Shown in pieces: positions 52,610-64,000 of a stretch of DNA of 64,000 bases. Under the pieces are notes generated by a model. The model saw nothing but the letters and a program-made list of their open reading frames with translations, searched no databases and was not told where the DNA came from. Both the position numbers and the translations under genes were made by a program. The first letter of the stretch is position 1. Every line of letters starts with the position of its first letter. This stretch comes from Octopus vulgaris (Eukaryota), in contig OX597819.1 of the NCBI GenBank assembly GCA_951406725.2, forward strand, positions 88,536,001-88,600,000, written 5' to 3'.

Positions 52610-53220
52610 ACAAACACAAGAAGATATCTTTTGTTGGATAGGATGCCACCTTCTTGAGCGTATGCTACATGTGGCATTCATCAGTCTCAAGAAACCAGGG
52701 ATCAATCTACACCTAGAAAAATTTACTTCGGGCGTGTTGATAGATCAGCGTCTGATGTAGCTGCAGAGACCCATACAGGAGTACCAGCCCCGGTTGAAGC
52801 GACAGCACTGTCTGCTAATATTGTCATTATTCTGTGTTTTCTTCGAATGTGGTTTTCTTCAGCGGCAAACCTTGACCGTTCATCACCTCTCTTTTTAACT
52901 CCTGTGCTCCAGTGAGAGCAATCACAATGAGATCCCATTTTTTGACAAGTGGGAAACGAATTTACAGCTCCTATATATTCCCCAATCGCCCTTTTTTCTT
53001 CTTGTGCTTGAAGAAGTTGTTTGTATAAAAGCATTTGTAGTGAATCTTGCATGCATGAAGTGGATTCGATCCACCATACCCAAATTTAAATTAACACTGC
53101 AACAGAACTTTTCCCACGATGGAACAATGGTTTTTCTCTGACAACAGTTTTACATCTTCCAGATGCCTTTAGCTGGGCCGAAATAATATCTTCACCACTT
53201 GACCCTTTCTAACCTCTTCT
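52610..53220 (-). pseudogene. Possible very old LINE endonuclease remnant
   Basis: One frame reads FGYGGSN...FYTNNFFKHKKK, similar to APE motifs G.G.RN...ITNTFFKH; weak. Confidence 0.3.
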
Positions 53221-54133
53221 ACTTCACCAAAAACTAGAATAGAGATAACAAGACCACCAACTAAAACTTCTGGATTGTTATAAAAGCAGGGATGATCCAA
53301 ACAGAAATCAGACACCAGCCGGTGACGACTCAACCAAATTAGTCACATCGTGACGACTCAATTAGTTAGGGAACCGACCACTAGAATCATGGAAGCAGGC
53401 AGACAAAACGGCCAGAGGGAAAAGGAAAAACAACGCCCCATACTCTCTCACTCTCACTAGCTCTAATTCTTTTCTCTTACAACATCATATTATCTCTCTC
53501 TGTAATTACTACTACTAAACAATGAAGAGGACACAATCACAAACTTTACTTCGCATGCTTTTGGATTTACCATAACCTGCTCGTCGAGGCAAGGCATTTG
53601 TAACGTAACGGTAAATAAGTACTTTCTTAAAACTTTATGCATTGTCCATCTTTCACATCCTACAGAATGTGATTATAGTAACAACTTTTTATCGTCACAA
53701 CTGTTGACTTCGACACATCATCAATAGTAATGTTTACAAATCAATTTAAAACGTTACACATTGATAAGTAATTCTTTAAATAAAACATAGACGATCCTGA
53801 TTTGTGAAACAGAGATGTCATAGGTATGTCTATAACCGAGAGAAGGTAATCCAACGAGAGAGCCCCTAAGCGGTTGTTCGAACTGTTACAAATATAAGCC
53901 AAATCTCTTAGTTACAACATCCTTCTTGAGAAAGGAGACGTACTGGCTAATTCTAAGCCTTCATTCCCCTAAAACAGCAGATAGTCTCGATTGAAACGCT
54001 GTTGATCATAAGTTTGCTTGTGCAGAGCTTAGCTAGGGTTAAATCAAAGCAGCAAATTTCTTTCAAATATGTTGACCGAGGGCAAGCAACAACAACGATA
54101 CAGAGAAGAAAGAAACTACGAATATAACTGATA

Positions 54134-54233
<100 letters not shown>

Positions 54234-54552
54234 GGCAGACAGACTTATAGGCAAACACACTCGGGAACTTGCACTTACATGAAATAATACATAAAGATGA
54301 TGCGAATTAACACGATTAATTTGATAAAATACACACTTAAATTCTCTTAAGCCTAAAACCTATTTCTCGCAGCGTACTTTAACCTCCTCGGCTAAGATTT
54401 TGAGATACTGTTTCGACCGCGTGCTTGAAAATTAAATTCGTTACATCTGAGTTCACAACAAAAGATTGTGACAAATAACTAATCTACATTTACCGCTTTA
54501 AAAATACTTCTACACATCTTATAATTTCATTCCTATCAATGAAAGCTTATTC

Positions 54553-56270
54553 CAGTGGTTCTCAATCATTTTTAGCGCATGCTCCCCACCCCTAGGAATT
54601 TTCAATTTTTCTGAGGCCCCCTACACTTTAGTGTAAAAAAAAATGTATTACAATTTTGTAATAAAGTGTTCATTATAGAAACAGGTTATTTTGAGGAAAA
54701 TTTAAAACTTTAACAGAAATAACATTCGCAAAATTTATCAAATAAGAATGAAATATTAAATATTAATCGTTTCAAATTAGTTTTATTATTATGATATTTA
54801 TTCCAATGAATATTTAAAACTTAATAATTTGTAATGAAAACAATTTTTGAACAAAAATTTATAACGATAAATAAACATTAATTTTCATTTTTGTTTTAGA
54901 AATGTGACTTGTTTTCTACTATTAATGTAATAAACTTCATAAAAATATCAGCGTCTATTAATTACACATTTATTCTCTATTATTTTATTTCTCAGCAACA
55001 AAAGTATTTTGTGACTTCAATAAAACTGCCATTTATGCTCATACGTCATTTTTCTTATATAACACGCACAACAAAAAACTTCGATTAACTCTCAAAAAAT
55101 TAATAACTTCTGAAAAAATTATTACTTTTTAGCTCTAAAATAAATTCCTTTAGTAAAATTAAAACATATCATATTACCTTTTCAGTGTAATTTATTCAGT
55201 GAAAATTTTGTGGCTGATAAAATTTTCGCAAGTTTTTTTCACTATCAGGGTCCATGTCTGTTAGAGAGACAAACAAAGATCCTCTACTAGCAATTTCTAA
55301 GTGATTACGAGCTTTTGACAATAGGGATGAACACTCAGCTAAAGCCTGACACAACTTGGTAAGAAGTAGGAAAGGCAATGAAATATAATTTTACTTCCTG
55401 TCAAAGCAATAGCGAATTCGTAGCAATTTCACTACTTGTCTGTAAGTTATGGCGTCCGTGACGAAATTTAGCTTGAGCAGTTGATTACCCTGCAACTCAA
55501 ATAGGCTTTCTTTTAGTCTGCTATCAACATCAGCTGCATTTCACCCGAACGGGTCAACCACCCGACTTGGAATGTTCATTTCCATATTGGTTCCAAACTT
55601 TTGGCACAAGGCCAGCAATTTCAAGGAAGAGGGGAAAGTCGATTACATCGACCCCAGTGCTCGACCGGTATTTATTTTTTCGACCCCGAAAGAATGAAAG
55701 GCAAAGTCGACCTCTGCGACATTTGAACTCTGAACGCAATGACGGTCGAAATACCGCTGAGCATCTTGCCCGACGTACTAACGATTCTGCCAGCTCACCG
55801 TCTCGAAACTAATTTCCATATTATGGCGCAACTTTTTCAAGTATCCAATGTACACAAAAATATTCTCTCGCAGCTACCCTTCAATAGTGATAAGGGTTTG
55901 CAAATGCATCAACTCCTTACACCCAATATTTATTCTAAATGGATTAAGTTTTTGCAACAGAAGCACTGATAGCCTCTTAGCAAATTAAAAGATTTGTATT
56001 TTTACTTTGTTGCTGTTCAACAAATTTAGCTTCTCAGATATATCCGAAAGACAGAATATGTTACATTCGACTGTTAGGAACTTTTTTTTTTTCTTTAAGC
56101 TGCTTACCATTCAGAAACATTACGACACTGTCCCAAAGTTCAACGAAGTGCTGCAAGAAATTACCTCTAGAGACTGTCACCGTATATATGAACATGAAGG
56201 CAGTCACATACTTAATTCATATAAGATTTTCCGTGCCCGCTTGATATTTTATTCATGAATAAATCATTAT
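54553..56270 (-). mobile_element. Decayed hAT (Charlie/Buster-type) transposon remnant, interrupted by a SINE A
   Basis: End CAGTGGTTCTCAA at 54553; 55196-55380 gives IAFPTSYQVVSGFS / LLSKARNHLEIASRGSLFVSLT (hAT C-terminal region); right boundary uncertain. Confidence 0.6.
55585..55802 (-). mobile_element. SINE family A with type 2 tail
   Basis: TTTGGCACAAGGCCAGCAATTT...CTGCCAGCTCACCG. Confidence 0.85.
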
Positions 56271-56929
56271 CAATGTCAAATGAACCCTTTTATTATTTTA
56301 TTTATTTATTTACTTATTTATTTTTGTTACGACGGAATTTAAGATACAGAAAATGCATTCTGTACATGTGCATGTGAAGGCGTGTGGCTCAGTGCAGGAC
56401 TGGATTTAAAACATGGGGGTCCCGGGGCACTTCAAATTCGGTGGGCCTCTCATACACAAGAATTAAAATCTTGGAAAATTATCAAATCTCAAAACCCATC
56501 TATTGCATGTTATTGTATTTAACGAGTTTGCAAAGAACGTTTAAATAAACGACTGAAAATGTCATTTTACAGTTACAGTTTTTAAAATTCAATTTTTTTT
56601 CTCACACATCCACTTGCAGTGTTTCATTTCTCCTTCATTGTGAAAAGTACAATGAAGGAAGGAAAATGGGGTAAAATTTCGTTTTTCTTTAACGTGAGTT
56701 ACAAATGTTTCAGAGGGTAGAATACGATAAAATTGACAAAAAATTATGAAAAAGAAAAATATATCATTTCAGTGGTTGTTGTAGTTCCAAAGGCACGATG
56801 AATGTGTGTGATGGGGGTGAAGAAGACAAACATTTAAAAGACATGAATTTTTTAAACTTTTGTTTTAAAAAAGCTTGTTTTCAGTGCATGAAAAAAAAGA
56901 AAAATTTTGACAAAATTGGGACAGCTATT

Positions 56930-57475
56930 CTGAAAGAATTCCATTTCTCAATCAGGTGACAATACACGAGTTCTATTCTTCTCGTAGGTCTTTGCAATGG
57001 CAAGAACTAGTTCTTCTAGAATGTCATATGCTCAACGGATCTTCAACATTTTGTAACGATGGATGTTGTCAAGCCCGTTGCTGAAATCCACGAAAGTTAT
57101 GATGGCAGATAGCAGTCTTGATTTAACTCCTATGACACGCCTCGGGGCTAAGATCTGAGATGTTGTGGATCTCCCTGGTCTAAATCCATTTTGATTTGGA
57201 CTCAGATGGCTATCAAGCACCCGTTGAATTCTGTTGAGAATCATTCGGTTGATATCTTTGAGCGAGATATTGGACAGTTTCGCTGTTGAGGTTCCCTGAC
57301 TTCGGGATTGGTATCAAGTCAATCTCGGACCACTGATCTGGACTTTCTTGGGTTTGTAAGCTTATTTGCAAATCCATTATTATTTCATTCAGATTGCACC
57401 TCTTGATAATTTCAGGGGGAATTTCATCAGGGCCAGCAACTTTCCCCTCTTTCAGTCAATTCTTCGCACTCTGAA
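56930..57475 (-). pseudogene. RTE-type LINE reverse transcriptase fragment
   Basis: MILNRIQRVLDSHLSPNQNGFRPGRSTTSQILA...ITFVDFSNGLDNIHR (Q.GFR and D..KAFD.I motifs). Confidence 0.85.
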
Positions 57476-57544
57476 TTCTTTCAAATACTAGCTGGGGTGC
57501 TACAAGGAGATACGCTTGCACTATATCTGATTGCAGCTGTATTG

Positions 57545-58255
57545 CATTAACTAATTAAGCAAGAAAGCAACTAATTAAGTAACTAATTAAATAAGCAAGC
57601 AACTTATTGATTAACTAATTAAGCAGGAAAGCAATTAATTCATTAACTAACTAATTAAGCAAGCAACTACTTAATTAACTAATTAAGAAACTAATTAACA
57701 AATTGCTTCTGAATTAGTCAACTAACTCATTAAGCAAGCAACTAATTAACTAAATAATTAAGCAAGCAAAGAATTAATTGACTAATTAATCAAACAAGCA
57801 ACTAATGGACTAATTAAGCAAGCAAGTAAATAATGAATTAATTCATTAAGAAACTAATTAAATATCTAATTCATTAAGCAAAACAACAGATTAATTAACT
57901 AGTTAATTAAGCTAGCAACTAACTAAATAATTAACTAATTCATTAAGCAAGCAAACAATTGATAATTAACTAACTAAGCAAGCAACTAATTAATCAACTA
58001 ATTATTTAATTAAGCAAACAATTAATTAATTAACTAATTAAGAAAGCAACTAATTAATTGACTGCTTAAGCAAGCAAACAATTAATTGACTAACTATTTA
58101 AGCAAGCAACTAAATAATTATGTAAACAAGCAACTAATTAATTAAATAATTAAGCAAGCAACTTATTTATTAACTAATTAATTAAGCAAGCAACTAATTA
58201 ATTAAACAAGTAATCAAATAATTAAGTAAGCAAGTAATTAATTAATTAATTAAAT
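57545..58255. repeat. Degenerate minisatellite of AAGCAAGCAACTAATTAATT-like units
   Basis: About 700 bp of irregular 16-28 bp units. Confidence 0.9.
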
Positions 58256-58259
58256 CGTA

Positions 58260-58445
58260 TCAGGATAATTGCTCCAGGACAATCGCCCCCTATAGGACAA
58301 TTTCCCCGACGACATCTACACCTAGGACAATTACGCCTCCTGGATAATTACCCCCTCTCCAATATATAAAGAACCTTTAAATCATCATCTTTTGTCCTTA
58401 GGGGTAATTGTCGTTGAGGAGTTATTGAGGAGTTGGGGGTCATAT
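58260..58445. mobile_element. Remnant of a DNA transposon with GGACAATT subterminal repeats
   Basis: Five GGA(C/T)AAT..CCC units followed by inverted GGGGTAATTGTC. Confidence 0.45.
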
Positions 58446-59018
58446 GATCACAGGTTGGGATATACGGTGTTTTGTAGAAATATTAAATCGAGCCCAGTAC
58501 TTAACTCAACATGCAAAGATATTTCTGAAGGTGTAGTGTTTACTGCATCTCTGTTTGTTTGGATGTGTATGTGTGTGTGTGTGTGCGTGTGAGTGTATGT
58601 GTATGGGTGTGAAAAATTATCTCATTCAGAACATAAATCGCAGGTGTTAATTAATTACGCAGAGACGTCATCTGTATGAATAAGTAGTTAAATTATTAAA
58701 AATTTAAATACAAATAACGCGATGAGAAAAAGACAACTTCAATAATATTTTTATATTTTTATGCTAGTTTACTTACAATATATGTTTTCTAAAGAGAAGT
58801 ACACGATTCCAGATTACAAAATCTCGTAAAAAAAATATCTAAAAGATCACTTTTATGAAGAGTTTTTGAAAAGGATAAATTAAATTATAAATAATCTATA
58901 TATAATAACAGACAATATAAATGCTAGCTGGTTGGTTGATTTCGCCTATCATGCTTTAAATTTTATATTGAAAGAGGTGAAGAGAGGGTAAAAGAGAGAT
59001 ACAGAGGGAATAAACATA

Positions 59019-59529
59019 CCGTAAATCCTCGAGTATAATCCGCATTTTTTTCCCAAAATTTAAAGATCAAAATCCCTAATGCGTTAAAAATAAAAGTTAA
59101 AAATGAAAATTATTTTCTAAGCAATGTTCAAGTCTTTATTTGCTGTTCGGCAATGTTTATTCAGACGCATTTTGTGATGTCGGGCCCGAAAATACCTTAA
59201 GCTAAGCCCGAAAGCAATGAAGTCATAAAAGAATCATCCATAACTTGCAGTAAGCAACCTTTATTAAATGTTATTACTGCTATTTCTTTATTATCTGCAA
59301 ACAAAATGCACAAAAAAGCTACACGTTTGCATTATGTTATATATACAATAATAATAAAGGACGTTACCGTGTACATTTTTACAAACCAAGGACGTTATAT
59401 AGACCTCCTTGACTCAAGTTAGAGAAGGGATGCGTATTATACACAAGGTTTAGGTTTTTCAGAGGTACAGCCCCCTAAAAATCCCCTACGTATTATACTC
59501 AAGGGCGGACTATTCTCGAGGATTTACGG
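59019..59529. mobile_element. Tc1/mariner-pogo type MITE
   Basis: TA|CCGTAAATCCTCGAGTATAATCCGC ... GCGGACTATTCTCGAGGATTTACGG|TA. Confidence 0.88.
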
Positions 59530-59849
59530 TAAGTGCAGAATGAATGCATATATTAAGCTTGGTGTAAAGTAATGTTATACACACTAACACACTGCGAAAG
59601 AAATGCTATGCAAACACACATACAATGAGGATGAGTGGGGAGAGAGGAGAGAGAGCGGAGGAAAGAAGAAAGGGAGGAAAGGAGAAGAAAGAGAGGAGCA
59701 GTGGAGAAGAATGTGAGGAGACGGGAAAGAAAGGGACAAAAAGGGAAGGGTAGGAGAGGCAGTAAATGACAATAGTTTTAAAAAATAATTTTCTTTTGAA
59801 AATTAGCATTCATTTCATCATTTTGTATGACCACTAAGAAATTTTATCC

Positions 59850-60312
59850 AGGAGTGGCTGTGTGGTAAGTAGCTTGCTTACCAACCACATGATTCCGGGT
59901 TCATTCCCACTGCGTTGCACCTTGGGCAAGTGTCGGATCTTTACACTTGCGTGGCACCTTGGGCAAGTGTCGGTCAAAAGGTAAAGATCCCAAATGTCTT
60001 CTACTATAGCCTCGGGCCGACCAGAGCCTTGTGAGTGGATTTGGTAGGCGAAAACTGAAAGAAGCCCGTCGTATATATGTATATATTTATGTTTGTGTGT
60101 CTGTGTTTGTCCCGCCAACATCGCTTGACAACCGATGCTGGTGTGTTTACGTCCCTGTAACTTAGCGGTTCGGCAAAAGTGATCGATAGAATAAGTACTG
60201 GGCTTACAAAAGAATAAGTCCTGGGGTCGATTTGCTCGACTAAAGGCCGGGCTCCAGCATGGCCGCAGTCAAATGACTGAAACAAGTAAACGAGTAAAAG
60301 AGAGTAAAGAGT
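59850..60312 (+). mobile_element. SINE family B with a small internal insertion or duplication
   Basis: GCACCTTGGGCAAGTGTCGG duplicated at about 59917 and 59954. Confidence 0.9.
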
Positions 60313-60361
60313 ATAAAAGTTGGACTGCAACTGCTGCATGTATGCTATATTTTCTCAAACG

Positions 60362-60594
60362 AAGGCGGTGACCTGGCAGAAACGTTAGCACGCCGGGCGA
60401 AATGCGTAGCCGTATTTCGTCCGCCGTTACGTTCTGAGTTCAAATTCCTCCGAGGTCGACTTTGCCTTTCATCCTTTCGGGGTCGATAAATAAAGTACCA
60501 GTTACGCACTGGGGTCGATGTAATCGACTTAATACCTTTGTCTGTCCTTGTTTGTCCCCTCTGTGTTTAGCCCCTTGTGGGCAGTAAAGAAATA
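60362..60594 (+). mobile_element. SINE family A, complete monomer (type 1 tail)
   Basis: AAGGCGGTGACCTGGCAGAAACGTTAGC...GAGTTCAAATTCC...GCCCCTTGTGGGCAGTAAAGAAATA. Confidence 0.92.
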
Positions 60595-60889
60595 TATATT
60601 TTCTCAAATCACTTATGGCGACAAAAGTTTAATTCCAGAGTTGCTCGTCGTACGACCGGTAACTTTGGGTGTAAATACTCTAGTATACGTACGAATTTGT
60701 TGAGTTATAAAAGAAAAATATCGACACAAGTGAGAAAATATTTTCGTTCTTCTTTTCATTTGCTACAAACGTGTATAGATCGGTTTAATGAGCCTATCCC
60801 AGTGCTTTTTGTTTGTTGTTATTATTTTTCTCAAGATCAAATGAAAAGCCACAGATGAGAAGAGATCAACGAAACTTTAATATAAAATC

Positions 60890-61295
60890 ATCCTTTCAAT
60901 TATAGGCACAAGGTGGGAAACTTTGGGGAAGGGGACTTGTCGATTAGATCGACCTCAATGCTCAAATGAAACTTGTTTTACCGACCCCGAAAGGATGAAA
61001 GAAAGGCAAAGTTGACCTCGGTTGAATATGAACTCAGGACGTAAAGAAGGAGAAACTGCTGCTATGCATTTTATCAGAATCGTGCTAACGATCCTTCCAG
61101 CTCACAGCCTTAATAATGATTTCAAATTTTGGCACAAGGCCAGCAATTTCAAGGAGCGGGTGAGTCGATTATATCGACCCTAGTGCTCAGCTGATCGACA
61201 GCGAAATGTATGAAAGGAAAAGTCGACCTCAGTTGAAAATTCAACTCTAAACTTTAAGATGGAGGAAATGCCGCTATGCATATTGTCAAAAACGT
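60890..61295 (-). mobile_element. Two diverged SINE family A copies in tandem (type 2 tails)
   Basis: GGCACAAGG at 60905 and 61131, each followed by core remnants. Confidence 0.75.
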
Positions 61296-61338
61296 TAGCA
61301 TGATATAGGTACAATCCCGTATATACTGGAATAAAGTC

Positions 61339-62067
61339 GGATCTTTTCCTTTTGAACGGCAGTTTTCAACACAATTTCTAGTTAACTAAACACTTTTAAA
61401 CTTCGTATACTCGTAGAATGTGTCAAAATAAAACATTCTTTCTCTTGGCTTTGTTGAGAAAATTGTAATTTGTAAGTTTAACGTAGTTTAATTTTTCGAA
61501 TTTTAACCAATCAATAACCTCTATTGAGCTAAAATCATTTGCTGCGTCTAAAACTGAGACAACATCCTGTCACTAACCCTAACCCTAAATTTTAGCCTTT
61601 CGTGTTTTTTTTTTCTTAGTTGTTAAATTATTTTATTTGTTACGTGTGTGTCTAAAATTATTCGTTTTGTTTTTGTTTTGAGATACACGTGTATTGTTTA
61701 AACTATTTTCCATTGCTTAAGAAAAAAAAACGAAAGGCTAAAACGAAAGCAATGGAAAATAATTTAAACAATTAACAAACAAAATAATTCTATAAGTTTA
61801 TACACACGCTTTCCGTACGTAAACATAACAGAGACAGGATGTTGTCTCAGTTTTAGACGCAGCAAATGATTTTAGCTCAATAGAGGCTATTGATTGGTTA
61901 AAATTCGAAAAATTAAACTACGTTAAACTTACAAATTACAATTTTCTCAACAAAGCCAAGAGAACAAAAATGTTTTATTTTGACACATTCTACCAGTATA
62001 CGAAGTTTAAAAGTGTTTAGTTAACTAGAAATTGTGTTGAAAACTGCCGTTCAAAAGGAAAAGATCC
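61339..62067. mobile_element. Fold-back MITE with about 235-bp TIRs and 8-bp TSD, related to 25061-25521
   Basis: TIR GGATCTTTTCCTTTTGAACGGCAGTTTT; TSD ATAAAGTC (61331-61338, 62068-62075); CTAACCCTAACCCTAA inside. Confidence 0.92.
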
Positions 62068-62687
62068 ATAAAGTCTCGTATAAGTTACTCATCTTTTGGT
62101 GGCGACGACTAAATATGTGGAAAATATCTGCATCTCTTATGTATAAGTCGACTCTTGTTTTTAACTGGTAACAAATGAACGTTTGGCAGTTGAATGATAA
62201 GCCTGCAATGAAGATGCACAAAACCATGGACACCCTTGACAACAGCATTAAATTCGACATGGATCTTCCAGCGACACATGGTTTCCTAAATCTGTTCAAT
62301 TTCACCGGTGAAATATATATGTAATTTCTTGTAAAGAAATATGTAGAAGATATTGAATATCTGCTGAGCTTAAACATCACCGGAAAGGTCAATAACCTCA
62401 CGAAGTGACTCACCTCTGGTTGTGATGCCATAGAACGATTGGTCAACATTTTCTTAAATACTTTCTTATAAACTGTTTTTAACATCTTATTATAATCAAA
62501 GAATGTGTATATGTATTTTAATACTTTTGTGACACCCAGTACTAAACACAACAAAGCTTATACAAACCTTTATATTTTACTTTTGACTATCTTTTTTCTA
62601 AAAAAGGGAAACCGGTCAAGTGAATAAACATCTTTAAAAATGCATTTTCAAACCTTCTTTCATATATATATATATATATATATATAT

Positions 62688-62865
62688 CCTTCGAAACGTA
62701 GAGTAGATGAAACCTTTAGCGACTGAAGAAGGGGTTTTTTCTTTGTGTTAATTGTCCTGTACTCTATTTTTTTGCTGTTTTTAAAAAAATGTCCAATTCC
62801 TTTGGTTTGTGTCTATGTTTTCGTTTCTCATTGTGTTCGACGTCCTTTTGGTGTCCTGTACTCAT
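62688..62865 (+). mobile_element. Truncated microsatellite-embedded repeat with HHR half-motifs
   Basis: TTC-GAAAC-GTA-GAGTAGAT...CTGAAGAAGGG directly after (TA)n; homologous to 30800-30925 (-). Confidence 0.5.
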
Positions 62866-62941
62866 ATATGTGTGTATATGTACATGTAGAGGTAGGTACG
62901 TACATATATGTTTATATATATGCATATGTTTTATTTATTTA

Positions 62942-62977
<36 letters not shown>

Positions 62978-63329
62978 TGTATGTGTGTGTGTGTATGTAT
63001 ATGAATGTATGTATGTGTATGTGTGTTTGTGTATGTAAATATATATACATGTGTGTATGTGTGTGTGTGCGTGGGTGTGTTTGTCTATATATGTATGTGC
63101 GCGTGTGTGAGTATACATATAATTAAAAGTGAATACACATGGTCACTTATTTTCCTTTGTTTGTGTTCAGAGACATGAAGCAAATATTTACAAAAAATTT
63201 TGTTTGTTTTTTTCATAAATAGGGTGTTACATATAGATACATCGTTGGCTTGTCATGATTTATTTTCGTTCTGTTCTAGCCATTATTTAGAGTTGTAATG
63301 GTCTTCACATGAATATAAAGAAGCATTAT

Positions 63330-63413
<84 letters not shown>

Positions 63414-63564
63414 ATATATATATATATATATATATATAAGTATGTATGTATATATGTATGTGACGGACTTTAAAAAGATTTTTGTCATGCTATCTAAATA
63501 CTGCAAGTCGGCACGAAATTGTTGGCTAATGGCTATAATGGAAGAATAGTCAACGTTAGTAAAA

Positions 63565-63964
63565 TCTTTATATATAAAAGTGAGCTTGTGTGCTGTCTGT
63601 CTCCTACGATTTAGATTACTAACTACTCCCACATTTTGCGGTGCAGTTTAACCAAAACCGGGTATCTTATAGTCGTGATTCATATCGAGCCCTTCTGGGT
63701 ATTAGCACGCGTCTACGATGAGTCTACGATTTAAACAAGAATTTACCATCAATTTTTCCCATTTTTAATGTATTTTTGGCATATATAAGGGAAGTAACTC
63801 TCTAAAAATTTATTATTAAATCTCAGAACGCAAAAAGCTACAGTAACATCCCCCACCCCTTTGTGGTTAGCCATATTGAGATGGCTATTATACTTTACAT
63901 CTCTAAAAATGCTTATATAGTTATTTCCCTTACAAACCCGAGCAACGCCGGGCGATACTGCTAG
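63565..63964 (+). mobile_element. Non-autonomous Helitron, second copy
   Basis: A|TCTTTATATATAAAAG ... CCCGAGCAACGCCGGGCGATACTGCTAG|T. Confidence 0.88.
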
Positions 63965-64000
63965 TAAAATATAAATATATAAAATATTTAAATGTTATTT

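Noticed and set aside
52723-53052. 109-aa ORF as a host exon
   Set aside because: No domain recognised; an adjacent frame shows weak LINE endonuclease motifs instead.
62051-62554. 167-aa non-repetitive ORF
   Set aside because: No recognisable motif, it runs into a MITE TIR, and it has no splice or start support; possibly old transposon debris. Needs BLASTX.

Overview
AT-rich, microsatellite-saturated eukaryotic DNA with no supportable host protein-coding exon. Almost all ORFs in the track are simple-repeat artefacts or decayed transposon remnants. The repeat complement suggests a cephalopod, probably Octopus, intergenic or intronic region; this is inferred from recognising the repeat families and was not verified. 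The window holds at least four tRNA-headed SINE families (over 30 copies), decayed LINE fragments (RTE, CR1-like, L1/Tx1, R4/Dong), a full-length dead DD41D Tc1/mariner element, mariner/hAT/Merlin-like MITEs and non-autonomous Helitrons. The most interesting signal is a set of non-coding elements embedded in (TA)n or other microsatellites that carry hammerhead ribozyme (HHR) cores. One is a canonical type I HHR at 22576-22680 (-). Another is a pair of HHRs inside a spacer-less, roughly 1.55 kb near-perfect palindrome at 2105-3657. Further degenerate copies occur, two of them also in head-to-head fold-backs (13706-13988, 33668-33800). This points to several Penelope-like/retrozyme-like families that insert into microsatellites and generate hairpin DNA. 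Coordinates were read by eye, so decayed-element boundaries may be off by tens of bases.
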